A stretch of 64,000 bases of DNA from Candidatus Bathyarchaeota archaeon (lineage in GTDB: Archaea; Thermoproteota; Bathyarchaeia; TCS64): positions 192,001 to 256,000 of the forward strand of contig CAVYLP010000003.1 of NCBI GenBank assembly GCA_963769425.1, written 5' to 3'. The notes under the pieces were generated by a model. That model saw nothing but the letters and a program-made list of their open reading frames with translations. It did no database searches and was not told the origin of the DNA. Both the position numbers and the translations under genes were made by a program. Below are positions 41,651 to 50,879 of this stretch, in pieces. Within the stretch, counting starts at the first letter, position 1. Every line of letters starts with the position of its first letter.

Positions 41651-42234
41651 TTTGCCCAGTCCTCCTGGATCTTCTTCTTGGTCTCCTCGAAGTGCTCGGG
41701 GAGAGACTCTGGTCTAAGACCCTTCCTGAGGTAGACCGAGAAGTACTTCTCGTATCCCTCTGGGTCGATTACCTTCGCGTAGTTGGCGATATCTCCGCCG
41801 TTTAACCTCTCCGGCGGGGGTATGACGTCGCTGTCGCAGGGGATGTTGAGCCCCGCGTCGATGGCGCCCTTGACAACCGCGAATATCTTCGAACCCTTCG
41901 TTGGCCTCTTGAGCCCGAGGTCGAGATATGCGGTCTCCACACCCTCTTTGAGTGCTTTGTGGCCTGCGATCAAACCCAGCAGGTATCCCGCGGGGATGCT
42001 CTTACCGCTTGCCTGCCAGCCGTACTTGCTGATCAGCTCGTTTGAGGCGACCTGGGTCAGCACCTTGTCGCCGATTATCTCGGCTTTCACTACCTGTGCG
42101 AGTATACCGTGGTTGGAGGCTCGGACTACGAACCTTGGTTGGTCCGATGTGGCGAGTATCCGCCGGGCCTGGTAGTCAGTCTTTTGTTCCCTTCTTCGCC
42201 TGTATGCGAGTCTGTAGCGTGCGTTTTTAGCCAA
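41647..42234 (-). CDS. rpl18: 50S ribosomal protein uL18
   Basis: RRRREQKTDY and KGAIDAGL. Confidence 0.95.
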   Translation of the reverse strand: MAKNARYRLAYRRRREQKTDYQARRILATSDQPRFVVRASNHGILAQVVKAEIIGDKVLTQVASNELISKYGWQASGKSIPAGYLLGLIAGHKALKEGVETAYLDLGLKRPTKGSKIFAVVKGAIDAGLNIPCDSDVIPPPERLNGGDIANYAKVIDPEGYEKYFSVYLRKGLRPESLPEHFEETKKKIQEDWAK

Positions 42235-42685
42235 AGCTACGCCTCCTTAATTTCTGCTCGTTGATGTGCCGATCGAGCTCGGCGAGACTGCGGAATTCTC
42301 CGCCTTTTGCCTTCATGTATAGGCTACGGTATGTACTCACGGTGATTACGCGCTGGTCGCGGAGCTCGGTAAGCTTCCTCCTGAGTGCCCTTATGCGGTT
42401 CATCCAGCGGGTCTTCTCTGAAACCTCAGCGAAGGCTTTACCCTTCTTAGTACCCATACCGATTCTTCGTCCAGAGCGCTTCTTCTGCGCCAAGACTCTT
42501 GCGCGACCGCGACTAGTGCCCCTCTCGGGGAGCGCCTTTATAGCACCTTCCCGTATGAGCTTCCGGATCTCAGTCCGAGTGATGGCGCCCTCGACGTCGC
42601 TGATCTTCTCCGGGTCGATCCAGACGCGGTTTACTCCTATCTCGAGGAGGGATGCGGCTAGTCGTCTCTGGTTTGTGAGGTTCAT
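42227..42685 (-). CDS. rpl19e: 50S ribosomal protein eL19
   Basis: QRRLAA...RVWIDP, WMNRIRALR and LYMKAKGG. Confidence 0.95.
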   Translation of the reverse strand: MNLTNQRRLAASLLEIGVNRVWIDPEKISDVEGAITRTEIRKLIREGAIKALPERGTSRGRARVLAQKKRSGRRIGMGTKKGKAFAEVSEKTRWMNRIRALRRKLTELRDQRVITVSTYRSLYMKAKGGEFRSLAELDRHINEQKLRRRSFG

Positions 42686-43113
42686 TTCTTTTCCTCCTCA
42701 AGTTCTTCGAAGTCTGAGGGCTTCGCCTTTGGTCCTGCGTTGAGGATCTTTACGCCGAGCTTCTCGGCCTCTTCCAGTATCTGTGCCCTCTTTCTTCCAC
42801 CGACTGTCCCTCCTATGCGTGCGACCTGATTCTCCTTGTCGACGGCTGCTAGGTCGTTGGCGTTTTGGATTAATACCTCTTCCTTGCCGGTCGGGTGAAG
42901 CCCGCGTACAGCGGATGGGCCTCCCCATCCGATGTTGGCTACTTTTGGCCAGCCCTTCTCGTTTGTGCGCATCTTGTTATCGATGCCGCGTGGCTTCCTC
43001 CAACGTGGCTTTATCTTTATAAAGCGCCATGACTCGAAGGCGTTGAACTTGGGACGGCTCTGGCTGAGCTTCTTCCTGACCCTGAGGAGTCTTCTCTTTT
43101 CGGTGTCGCTCAT
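42682..43113 (-). CDS. rpl32e: 50S ribosomal protein eL32
   Basis: WRKPRGIDNKMR and RGLHPTG. Confidence 0.95.
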   Translation of the reverse strand: MSDTEKRRLLRVRKKLSQSRPKFNAFESWRFIKIKPRWRKPRGIDNKMRTNEKGWPKVANIGWGGPSAVRGLHPTGKEEVLIQNANDLAAVDKENQVARIGGTVGGRKRAQILEEAEKLGVKILNAGPKAKPSDFEELEEEKK

Positions 43114-43120
43114 CGTTCAT

Positions 43121-43654
43121 TTACTCCTTGCTGTAGACGTAGACGCCATCTAGGAACTTTCTCAGGTCCTTGTTGCGTATCTTTGCCCGCGTCTGTATAT
43201 TTGCGGCGGTCTGGCTGACATCGTCTATGTCGATGCCCTCGAGGATTACATCGTCTTGCTTGATGGTAACCTTCGTGTCGCCTAATATGTTGGCGATTCT
43301 GGCCTTCCTCTCGCCGACGAAGTTTTCTATGTGGACTTCCTTTCCAACTACCTTTACGGATGTCGGGAAGTGGACGAAGACTATCTTCATCTTGTAGACG
43401 AAGCCAGTCGATACGCCCTTGATCATGTTATTTACATGTGCACTGATCGTGCCGACGAGGGCGGCTTCTGTTCGCCTCGGGTTCTCGATGCTGAGTTTGA
43501 GGCTGTTGCCCTCCTTGACTATATTGAGCTTGGTGTGAGTGAAGTCCTTGATTATCTTTCCCTTGGGTCCCTGTACTGTTACCTTTCTACCCTCTAGGGT
43601 GAGCTGGATATTCTCCGGTATCTCGACGGTGTTTTCGACTATCTGTAGAGACAT
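43121..43654 (-). CDS. rpl6: 50S ribosomal protein uL6
   Basis: NMIKGV, HFP and DLRKFLDGVY. Confidence 0.95.
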   Translation of the reverse strand: MSLQIVENTVEIPENIQLTLEGRKVTVQGPKGKIIKDFTHTKLNIVKEGNSLKLSIENPRRTEAALVGTISAHVNNMIKGVSTGFVYKMKIVFVHFPTSVKVVGKEVHIENFVGERKARIANILGDTKVTIKQDDVILEGIDIDDVSQTAANIQTRAKIRNKDLRKFLDGVYVYSKE

Positions 43655-43663
43655 CTTTCTCAC

Positions 43664-44047
43664 CTAGTAGACGTAGGCGATCACGACGCCGCCGACGTTG
43701 AACTCCTTCGCCTGGCGGTGGTCGATGACGCCCTTGGGGGTTGATAGGATGACTGCACCGAGGTCTCGGCTGGGGAGGAAGCGCTTCTCCCACTTTTCCA
43801 TCTCCTTGACCTTCGTGGAGTATCTGGGGTGAACTGCCCTGCATTCGTTGATGCGGCCGAAGAGCTGTACGCGGAACTTTCCCTGCCTTCCGTCGTCTAT
43901 GAACTCAATCTCGCCTATGTAGCCTTTCTGCTGTATGAGGCGGAGGACCCTGCCAACGAGGCCGGAGGCGGGTGTGATTATGCACTCTTTCTTTCGCCTG
44001 CCCTCGTGATTCATTATCGTATTAAGAGCGTTTACTAGTGGGTCCAT
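43664..44047 (-). CDS. rps8: 30S ribosomal protein uS8
   Basis: DPLVNAL, GYIGEIEFIDDGR and STPKG. Confidence 0.95.
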   Translation of the reverse strand: MDPLVNALNTIMNHEGRRKKECIITPASGLVGRVLRLIQQKGYIGEIEFIDDGRQGKFRVQLFGRINECRAVHPRYSTKVKEMEKWEKRFLPSRDLGAVILSTPKGVIDHRQAKEFNVGGVVIAYVY

Positions 44048-44052
44048 TCAAA

Positions 44053-44208
44053 TCACCTGTATTTCCTGAAGCCCATCGCGGGGGCCACTTCCCTGAAGCA
44101 TTTCCTGCAGATGTTGAGTCCGTAGCGCCTGATGAGGCCGTTGTGGGTTCCGCATCTGATGCATGCCCTGCTGCCTGGTCCGGTTGTGCGTTTCTTCTGC
44201 TCACTCAT
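44053..44208 (-). CDS. rps14: 30S ribosomal protein uS14, Zn-binding type (51 aa, not in ORF track)
   Basis: [51 protein letters not shown]; expected position between L5 and S8. Confidence 0.93.
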   Translation of the reverse strand: MSEQKKRTTGPGSRACIRCGTHNGLIRRYGLNICRKCFREVAPAMGFRKYR

Positions 44209-44740
44209 TGGCTACTCCCACCTCGATGCCGAACTTTGACTTTACGAAATCCATTGACTCCTCGGGTGTAACCTTGTGGCTCTTCCCGATCTTTGCTCTG
44301 GCGTGCTTCTTCTCATCTATGTGGTACCCTGCGCGCTCTACCGTCACCATCACATCCATGCCGGTGATGCCGAGGTTCGGATCGTACCTCGTTCCGGGGA
44401 TGTCGATGTGCTCCTTTATCCCGAAGGCGAAGTTGCCCCACTTATCGAAGCTGCGTTGGTTGATCTTCTTGTTAACGGCTGTGAGCGCCTTCACGAGGAA
44501 GGTTTCTGCACTCTCTCCGCGGAGCGTGACCATGCACGCTATGGGTTCCTTCTTGCGAATGTTGAATCCCCTGATGGTCTGCTTCGCGAATCGTTGACAG
44601 GGTTTCTGCCCTGTAAGCTGCTCCATGATGGTTTGTGCGTGGTCTAGGGGGTCGCCCGAGGCGCCCACACCCATGTTGACCACGACCTTACCGATCCTTA
44701 GAGCCCTCATGGGGTTGGTCTCTACGATTTCGGTTGTCAT
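44201..44740 (-). CDS. rpl5: 50S ribosomal protein uL5
   Basis: [14 protein letters not shown] and [15 protein letters not shown]. Confidence 0.96.
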   Translation of the reverse strand: MTTEIVETNPMRALRIGKVVVNMGVGASGDPLDHAQTIMEQLTGQKPCQRFAKQTIRGFNIRKKEPIACMVTLRGESAETFLVKALTAVNKKINQRSFDKWGNFAFGIKEHIDIPGTRYDPNLGITGMDVMVTVERAGYHIDEKKHARAKIGKSHKVTPEESMDFVKSKFGIEVGVANE

Positions 44741-44741
44741 C

Positions 44742-45473
44742 TCATTGACTCTCCGGTAATGATATCAGCGACTGTGCGACGCCGATGGGGAAGACGTACT
44801 TTGTCAGTGTGCGTATGTCCTCGCCCTTGGCTGTCCTCACGGTCGCCGTCTTCTTCCAGCCCGGCTCGTCGCCGAAGCCAATTATGATTCCTGTTTCACC
44901 CTGGGACCTGCCGCCCGTGATGACGGTCTGTAGCTGGTCCTTGAAGGGGATATGCTCGACTATTTCCTGGGACGGGACCTTGATCTTCAGGACATCGTTG
45001 ACCTTGTAGGGAGCCTCAGTCTTCACGTTGAGGGTCCTACCGTCGTGTAGCCTTAACTGTGTCACGTTGTTCCTAAGGGTTGTCTTGCCTATGATCCTGC
45101 AGAGTTTGAATCCGATCTCGTCTCCCTTGATCTGGTGTAGGGCTAGGCGTCCCCCCTTTGCGGGGAGGACGCGGTAGCTCTCACCAGCGTCGGGCAGGGA
45201 TATGACGTCCATGAGGCCCACGGGGAACTTCTCGTCGAGGCGTGCTTTACCGTCGATCTTGATCTTCCCCTGCTTGGCGATCATGGAAGCCTCCCTGCGT
45301 GTTGAGGCGTATCCAAGCATGTCGCGGAGTAGAACCGTGACGGGTATGGATGTGCTGAAGTTGTGTGGCCCTGGACTCGTGTTTATGGACCAGACGTTTG
45401 CCTTCCTATGGATTGTCCAGAACGTCGGTGCCTGCTGCCTCTTCAAATGTCTTGTTGGTCCTTTTCTACCCAT
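44742..45473 (-). CDS. rps4e: 30S ribosomal protein eS4
   Basis: HLKR, PGPH, FPVGLMDVI and LHDGR. Confidence 0.95.
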   Translation of the reverse strand: MGRKGPTRHLKRQQAPTFWTIHRKANVWSINTSPGPHNFSTSIPVTVLLRDMLGYASTRREASMIAKQGKIKIDGKARLDEKFPVGLMDVISLPDAGESYRVLPAKGGRLALHQIKGDEIGFKLCRIIGKTTLRNNVTQLRLHDGRTLNVKTEAPYKVNDVLKIKVPSQEIVEHIPFKDQLQTVITGGRSQGETGIIIGFGDEPGWKKTATVRTAKGEDIRTLTKYVFPIGVAQSLISLPESQ

Positions 45474-45475
45474 CT

Positions 45476-45859
45476 CTACTCCTCCTTAGCCTTGAAGCCC
45501 TTCCTCTCGAGGATCCTCTTCCTCCAGTCATCGTCGAGGTCGAGCTTCGTGATCATTACGTTCTCGGCGCGTATCGGTATCTGCACGGTTGATCCGTCTA
45601 GGCGGGTCCTTGTGACTCCCTCGACGTAGACGCGGGAGCTCTTGGTGTTTACCCTGAGGACCTTTCCCTCGGTGAGCTTCCGGTCACCCTTCGTGATAGC
45701 GACGGTGTCGTTCTCGATGACTGGCATCGTCCTCGCGCCGTACTGGGTCTTGAGATTCGGTGATAGCGGGGCAGAAATGTACCGCCTCCTAACCTGTACA
45801 GGGGCATTTCTCTGCTGCTTCCTGACAGTCGAAGGCTTTGTGTTGCCTACTTTGTTCAT
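45476..45859 (-). CDS. rpl24: 50S ribosomal protein uL24
   Basis: SAPLS...YG, KOW motif, NVMITKL. Confidence 0.93.
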   Translation of the reverse strand: MNKVGNTKPSTVRKQQRNAPVQVRRRYISAPLSPNLKTQYGARTMPVIENDTVAITKGDRKLTEGKVLRVNTKSSRVYVEGVTRTRLDGSTVQIPIRAENVMITKLDLDDDWRKRILERKGFKAKEE

Positions 45860-46282
45860 TTAGACTACCACCCTCGCTGTTGTTCCGAGGCGCGCGAAGC
45901 GTTCAACTGCTTCCTTTGCGACTGGTCCCTTGACGTCCGAGCCCCTAAGGGTTCCCTCGGGTGTGAGTATGACGGCTGCGTTGTCCTCGAATTGGATCCA
46001 GGTGCCATCCTTACGCAGGTATGGCTTTCTCTGGCGGACGATGACCGCGTTGAACATCTGTCGCCTCATCTCGGGCGTACCCTCGCGGCAGCTTACCATA
46101 CAGAGATCGCCTACGCTAGCTATCGGTAGCCTGCGGCGTCGACCTTTATAGCCGAAGACCTGAATGAGGCGTAGTACACGTGCACCACTGTTGTCAGCGC
46201 AAATGAAGACGGAGCCTGATGTGAGGCCTCCGCTTATCTTTCGACGAGGTATAATTTTTCTCTTCCCCGTTCTCTTACTCAT
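45860..46282 (-). CDS. rpl14: 50S ribosomal protein uL14
   Basis: CADNSGA, VRQRK, FEDNAAV and GPVAKE. Confidence 0.96.
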   Translation of the reverse strand: MSKRTGKRKIIPRRKISGGLTSGSVFICADNSGARVLRLIQVFGYKGRRRRLPIASVGDLCMVSCREGTPEMRRQMFNAVIVRQRKPYLRKDGTWIQFEDNAAVILTPEGTLRGSDVKGPVAKEAVERFARLGTTARVVV

Positions 46283-46286
46283 TCAT

Positions 46287-46604
46287 TCACGCCTCCTCGC
46301 CTAGTTTTTCTACGACGCAGAAGGACTTGGTCTTACTGAGTGGTCTGCACTCAGCGACGCGGACCCTTTCGCCCTTCTTTGCGTCGATGCATGGGGGGTT
46401 GTGTGCGGTGATGCGGCTGCTCGCTCGCGCGTAGCGCTCGTATTTCCTGTTGAATCTGGTGTAGTCGATGCGGATAACGACGGACTTTGACATCCTGTCG
46501 CTAACCACCACACCGTCCAATACCCGCCCCCTCACCGCTAGGGAGCCGTGGAATGGGCAGTCTGGGTCACTACACTCGTTCTCGGGTCTTTTAAGACTCA
46601 TCAA
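46287..46604 (-). CDS. rps17: 30S ribosomal protein uS17
   Basis: DPDCPFHG, KYERY and ECRPLSKTK. Confidence 0.96.
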   Translation of the reverse strand: MMSLKRPENECSDPDCPFHGSLAVRGRVLDGVVVSDRMSKSVVIRIDYTRFNRKYERYARASSRITAHNPPCIDAKKGERVRVAECRPLSKTKSFCVVEKLGEEA

Positions 46605-46616
46605 AACCTTTTCGCC

Positions 46617-46901
46617 CTACCAATTTCGTCTCGGCTTCTTCTTTACGCGGTCTTCTGGTCGACCGATGAGGTTCTTTCCCTCTACCTCAACCAAGGTTCC
46701 GCCCAGGTTGAAAATGAATGACGCCTCACCCTTAGCGATTATCTTATCGACTCCTTTCTGATTGAGTGTGAGGGTGTTGCGCGTCTCGTCTGTGATTATT
46801 CCCTTAATTCTCTTCTGACTTTTGTTGGTGCCACCGCTGATCCTCGCGTCGAGCCCGATGAGCTCGTGGCGGGTAATGTTGTCAGCGGTGAGCGGCGTCA
46901 C
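46617..46901 (-). CDS. rnp1: RNase P protein component 1 (Rpp29)
   Basis: HELIGL, DETRNTL and GRPEDRVKK. Confidence 0.92.
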   Translation of the reverse strand: MTPLTADNITRHELIGLDARISGGTNKSQKRIKGIITDETRNTLTLNQKGVDKIIAKGEASFIFNLGGTLVEVEGKNLIGRPEDRVKKKPRRNW

Positions 46902-47104
46902 TGCTTAGACGCCTCCTCGTGGATGATGGTCTCCACTCTGGCGACTGCCTTTTTCAGCGCCTTGGCCCTTCCGGGGTTCTCAACTGAGCCACCCGCGTTA
47001 ATCAGTGTCCTGATCTTTGATAGCTCGGTCTTAAGCTCCACGAGCTTCTCCTTTCTCTGCTCGGGGGTCATCTCTCTAATCTCTTCGAGCCTTAATACTG
47101 GCAT
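46898..47104 (-). CDS. rpl29: 50S ribosomal protein uL29
   Basis: EIREMT, ENPGR and VARVET. Confidence 0.93.
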   Translation of the reverse strand: MPVLRLEEIREMTPEQRKEKLVELKTELSKIRTLINAGGSVENPGRAKALKKAVARVETIIHEEASKQ

Positions 47105-47989
47105 TTACTTTTCCTCCTCGTCTTTCTCTGGATCAGACTCGGGCTTCTCCTCTGTCTTTTCCTCGGCGGGGGGAGTCTCCGGCTCGGTCTTTGGCTCCTC
47201 TACCACTGCTTCCTCAGTGGTGTGGACTTCCGGCTCGGAGGGTGTCTCCTCTGTCTTTACCTCTTCAGGAGTCTCTACAATAGCCTCGGGCTGCTCAGCG
47301 GGTTGGGCCACCTCTTCAGTTACAGGCACCTGCTCCACGTCTGGTTCAACGCCCTCTGGCATGTAGACTTCCTCCTCTGGGTACTCGATCTCTGGGAGGT
47401 CCTTTAGTGAGATCTTGTCTGGGAACTTAGCGTCTGGCGGGATGATGTTGACCGTTACGCCTAGTATGCCCCTCTTTTGTTTGACGTGTATCGTCGCGTG
47501 GCGGAGGTATCTCTTGGATGGTTCGCCAGCCTTCGGGATGTATCCCTCGCTCACCTTCTCGAATCTCGCCCTTGCGCTCCTTATCGGGCCTTTGAGTATG
47601 ATTTCGCAGCCTAGTGCGCCGCTGTCCATGATCCTGCGAAGGCTCCAGAAGATGCTCCTGCGGAAGTGGACACCACGCTCGAGGGCGTTGGCGACCCTAG
47701 CTGCCATGATGTGAGGGTTGAGCTCCGGAACCTCGATCTCCACGACGGTGATCTGGGGGTTGACTAGGCCTAGCTTGTGTTCAAGTTTCTCGGAGGCGTC
47801 CTTGATGGCCCTGCCTCTCTTGCCTATTACTCTTCCAGGCCTCATCGTGTAGAGGTTGATCTGGGCGCCTAGCGGCGTCTTTGTGAGTGTGATTCCGCCG
47901 TAACCGGCCTCTTCGAACTCCTTAGAGAGGAGTTCATCGACCGCCATGCGCTCCTTGTTGTCCCGGATGATTCTCTTGACTACTGACAA
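47105..47989 (-). CDS. rps3: 30S ribosomal protein uS3 with acidic C-terminal tail
   Basis: AGYGG, RPGRVIGKRG (KH), PELN and GALGCEI. Confidence 0.95.
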   Translation of the reverse strand: MSVVKRIIRDNKERMAVDELLSKEFEEAGYGGITLTKTPLGAQINLYTMRPGRVIGKRGRAIKDASEKLEHKLGLVNPQITVVEIEVPELNPHIMAARVANALERGVHFRRSIFWSLRRIMDSGALGCEIILKGPIRSARARFEKVSEGYIPKAGEPSKRYLRHATIHVKQKRGILGVTVNIIPPDAKFPDKISLKDLPEIEYPEEEVYMPEGVEPDVEQVPVTEEVAQPAEQPEAIVETPEEVKTEETPSEPEVHTTEEAVVEEPKTEPETPPAEEKTEEKPESDPEKDEEEK

Positions 47990-47991
47990 GC

Positions 47992-48453
47992 TTACACTTC
48001 CTCAACCGCGACCTCGATGTGGGTCAGGTGCCTGAAATATGGCGATGCCCTTCCGAAGGCCCGCGGTATGAACTTCCTTATTCTGCGACCCCTATGCGCC
48101 GCGATGTGTGTGATCTTTAAATTCTCGGTGTCTAGCCCCTTGAACTCGGCGTTCGCCTCTACGGCGTCTAGAACTCGGAGGATCTCCCCCGCGGCTTTCT
48201 GCGGGTATCTGCCTGCGTCAAAGCCTTGTGCCTCTGCTCTGTGTGGCACTTTGAGCTTGTACCTATAATATGGTACTGGTTTCTTGAGCTCAACGACATC
48301 TTGCAGCGTCTCCTTTGCTTTATCGAGCTTCATGCCCTTTATGTAATTGCAGATTTCTCTGGCAGCCTTTGGCTTAATTCTAAGATCCCTGCCGCTGGCT
48401 ATTGCTGTCTTGTCCGGATCTAGACCTGTGACCGAGTATCTCCAGGATGGCAT
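47992..48453 (-). CDS. rpl22: 50S ribosomal protein uL22
   Basis: GRYPQKAA, ANAEFKGL and PRAFGRA. Confidence 0.95.
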   Translation of the reverse strand: MPSWRYSVTGLDPDKTAIASGRDLRIKPKAAREICNYIKGMKLDKAKETLQDVVELKKPVPYYRYKLKVPHRAEAQGFDAGRYPQKAAGEILRVLDAVEANAEFKGLDTENLKITHIAAHRGRRIRKFIPRAFGRASPYFRHLTHIEVAVEEV

Positions 48454-48486
48454 ATGCGCACCGTTCGCCTTACTTGAAATCGGGAC

Positions 48487-48498
48487 TTTATATAAAAA
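48487..48498 (-). promoter_or_regulatory. TATA box upstream of rpl22 (internal promoter)
   Basis: TTTTTATATAAA on the minus strand about 35-45 bp before the rpl22 ATG, inside an AT-rich 226-bp gap. Confidence 0.6.
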
Positions 48499-48679
48499 CG
48501 TTATCTAAATTCGTGTGAGAAGCGATCATATAGAGGATTATTATCGGTTCTTTCTATTATGTGTCTGTGAGGGGTTTTCTAATGATTATTTTGAAGTTTT
48601 TATCATGCAGTTATTTATGAATAATATTAATGTAGATAATTTTGAAAATATTAACTGAATAAAATAAGCTGAAGTGAAA

Positions 48680-49063
48680 TTACTTCAGCGGGATGTACAT
48701 CGAGCTTCTGGACGCGCCGATGCCTGGCTTACCGTGGCGGACTAGCTTGTTTGTAATAACGAACTCGCCCAAATAGTGGCCTAGCATCTTCTCGTTGATC
48801 CTGATCTCGACGAAGGCTTGGCCGCTGTGGACCAGGATTATCTTTCCTATCATCTCGGGTAGGACGACCATGTCCCTTGCGTGAGTCTTTATTGGTTTGC
48901 CATTGTCCTGCCTGAGGCGCTCGAGCACGATTCTCTGCTCATTACTGAGACCCCTGCGTAGGCTCCTCCTCATGCGGCTAGGCAGGAGGTTGATGAACTC
49001 GTCCATTGACATGGCCTTCAGGTCGTCTACGCTTCGTCCCCGGTACATGAAGTTCTTTGGCAT
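48680..49063 (-). CDS. rps19: 30S ribosomal protein uS19
   Basis: KTHARDMVVLPEM, GHYLGEF and HGKPGIGASRSS. Confidence 0.96.
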   Translation of the reverse strand: MPKNFMYRGRSVDDLKAMSMDEFINLLPSRMRRSLRRGLSNEQRIVLERLRQDNGKPIKTHARDMVVLPEMIGKIILVHSGQAFVEIRINEKMLGHYLGEFVITNKLVRHGKPGIGASRSSMYIPLK

Positions 49064-49104
49064 TCGTCTTCACTCCATCATGTCGCTTTATTTAATCGTG
49101 CCGG

Positions 49105-49842
49105 TTACTCCCTCTCCCTCTTACGCTTTGAACCGCCCTTGCCCGAGGTTCTCGCGGCGATGAGTCCGACTTTAGCTCCTGGGGGCATTCTGCGTCCTAC
49201 CGTCGTTGATTTGCCTGGGCGCCTGTGGCGGCCACCACCGTGCGGGTGGCTCGCGGCGGTCATCTTTACGCCGTGCGCTGTCGGGAAGACCTTGTTGTTG
49301 GCCATTGCGGCGTGGTATACCTCGCCTGCCTTGAGGCGTGGCTTCTCGAGGCGGCCTCCGCCCGAGATGACTCCGACGGTCGCGCGTGAGTCTGCGGATA
49401 GAAGTATGCTCTTCTTTGATGGGAGCTTTACGACGGTCTTGCCCATGTTGTGGGCGATGACTGTCGCGTATGCTCCTGATGCTCTTACGATCCTTCCTCC
49501 GTCGCCGGGCTTGATCTCTAGGTTGTTGACGAGTGTTCCCTCTGGTATTTTTCCGAGTGGAATTACGTTCCCGACCGAGAGAGGGGCGTCTGCGCCTATA
49601 ACGATCTCCTGGTCGACGTGTGTGCCCTCTGGGGCCGCGGAGTAGAATGTCTCGCCGGTCGTCAATTGGATGACGGCCAGGGGTGCCATGCGCCCGGACT
49701 CGTGTACGATGTCCTTGATGGTTCCTCGCATCGACTCGGTTGAGACGGGGGGGTATCTTGCCTGTGCGATTTTGCCCGTGTGTGCACTTTGGAAGACGGG
49801 TGTTCCGCGTCCTCTACGTTGGACCTTTATTCGTTTTCCCAT
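49105..49842 (-). CDS. rpl2: 50S ribosomal protein uL2
   Basis: MGKRIKVQRRGRG, RASG, HPHGGG and PPGAKVGLIAAR. Confidence 0.96.
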   Translation of the reverse strand: MGKRIKVQRRGRGTPVFQSAHTGKIAQARYPPVSTESMRGTIKDIVHESGRMAPLAVIQLTTGETFYSAAPEGTHVDQEIVIGADAPLSVGNVIPLGKIPEGTLVNNLEIKPGDGGRIVRASGAYATVIAHNMGKTVVKLPSKKSILLSADSRATVGVISGGGRLEKPRLKAGEVYHAAMANNKVFPTAHGVKMTAASHPHGGGRHRRPGKSTTVGRRMPPGAKVGLIAARTSGKGGSKRKRERE

Positions 49843-49851
49843 TCATCACAC

Positions 49852-50112
49852 CTACAGTATACCGAGCTTTATGGCGACCTCTGAGGCGCTGAAGCCTTCC
49901 GTGAGTTTCACGAAAGCCTTCTTCTTACCCTGCCTGTCGATGAGGGTATTAATCTCCTTCGTCTCGACCTGGTAGAGTTCCTTGATTGCTTTGGCGATGT
50001 CCTTCTTCGTTGCCTCGCGGTTAACTATGAAGATGAGCTTGTTCTCGTTCTCGATCATGTATACGCTACGCTCTGTCATCGTCGGGTACATTATGACGTC
50101 TTGTGCCTGCAT
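49852..50112 (-). CDS. rpl23: 50S ribosomal protein uL23
   Basis: TE...NKLIFIV and KKAFVKL. Confidence 0.95.
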   Translation of the reverse strand: MQAQDVIMYPTMTERSVYMIENENKLIFIVNREATKKDIAKAIKELYQVETKEINTLIDRQGKKKAFVKLTEGFSASEVAIKLGIL

Positions 50113-50114
50113 GT

Positions 50115-50879
50115 TTATTCCTCCCAGGTCTCGTCGAGGGCGGTGAAGGCTGACTTGGCCCAGATGACTAGTCTACCGGGGTTTGCCCCGGGGGCTAGGA
50201 GCTCGGCGTTAAGGTTTCTGAGAACGGTTACATCTACGCCTGGTAAGTTCCTCGCGGCCTTTGTAATGCCTTTATCCTCGGATATGATGATGAGTGGGCC
50301 CTTGCCTATCTTTTTACCCCTTCCCCTCATGTTCCCCCTGCCGGCGCGTGTACCCTTCCGGTCGGCGCGCTCGACGTCAGCCCATACGCCGATCTTTGTG
50401 AAGATGTCCTCGACCTCCTTGGTCTTCTGGACATCTTCGAGGGAGTCGTCAAGGACGAGGGGTAGTTGTGTGACGCCTGCGATGTTGTGTCCGCGTGCTG
50501 CGACGATCTCCTTGTTGGCTGATGCTGCGATGCCGGAGCGGATCGCTAGGCGGCGTTCCTTCTTGTTGATCCTCTTGACTGTGACCTTCTGGGACATGGG
50601 CGGGGTAGATTGGTGGCCACCGACTGCCTGTACGGCGAAGTCGGCTTTCCCGCTCTGCTTGAGGCGGGGCAGCCTCGCCTGACCGTGGCCGGTCCCCCTG
50701 CTGAGTGCTGTGTTTCTCTTGCCCGCGAGAGGGTCCCTGCCCTGTGGCTGGAAATCGTGGCTCTGCTGGGCAATGACGGCCCGCCTTATTACCTCCGGCT
50801 TAATTGGGGTGTCGAATATCTTTGGGAGGTCGATCTCATCGATCTTTTCGTTGGCGAGGCTTAGTACTGGGACCTTCAT
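50115..50879 (-). CDS. rpl4: 50S ribosomal protein uL4
   Basis: GTGHGQARLPR, KINKKE-like motif, RAGRGNMRGR and LAPG. Confidence 0.95.
   Translation of the reverse strand: MKVPVLSLANEKIDEIDLPKIFDTPIKPEVIRRAVIAQQSHDFQPQGRDPLAGKRNTALSRGTGHGQARLPRLKQSGKADFAVQAVGGHQSTPPMSQKVTVKRINKKERRLAIRSGIAASANKEIVAARGHNIAGVTQLPLVLDDSLEDVQKTKEVEDIFTKIGVWADVERADRKGTRAGRGNMRGRGKKIGKGPLIIISEDKGITKAARNLPGVDVTVLRNLNAELLAPGANPGRLVIWAKSAFTALDETWEE

Noticed and set aside
44022-44204. ORF-track 60-aa peptide, or a frameshifted rps14
   Set aside because: rps14 is intact in another frame (44208-44053); the listed ORF is a shadow.
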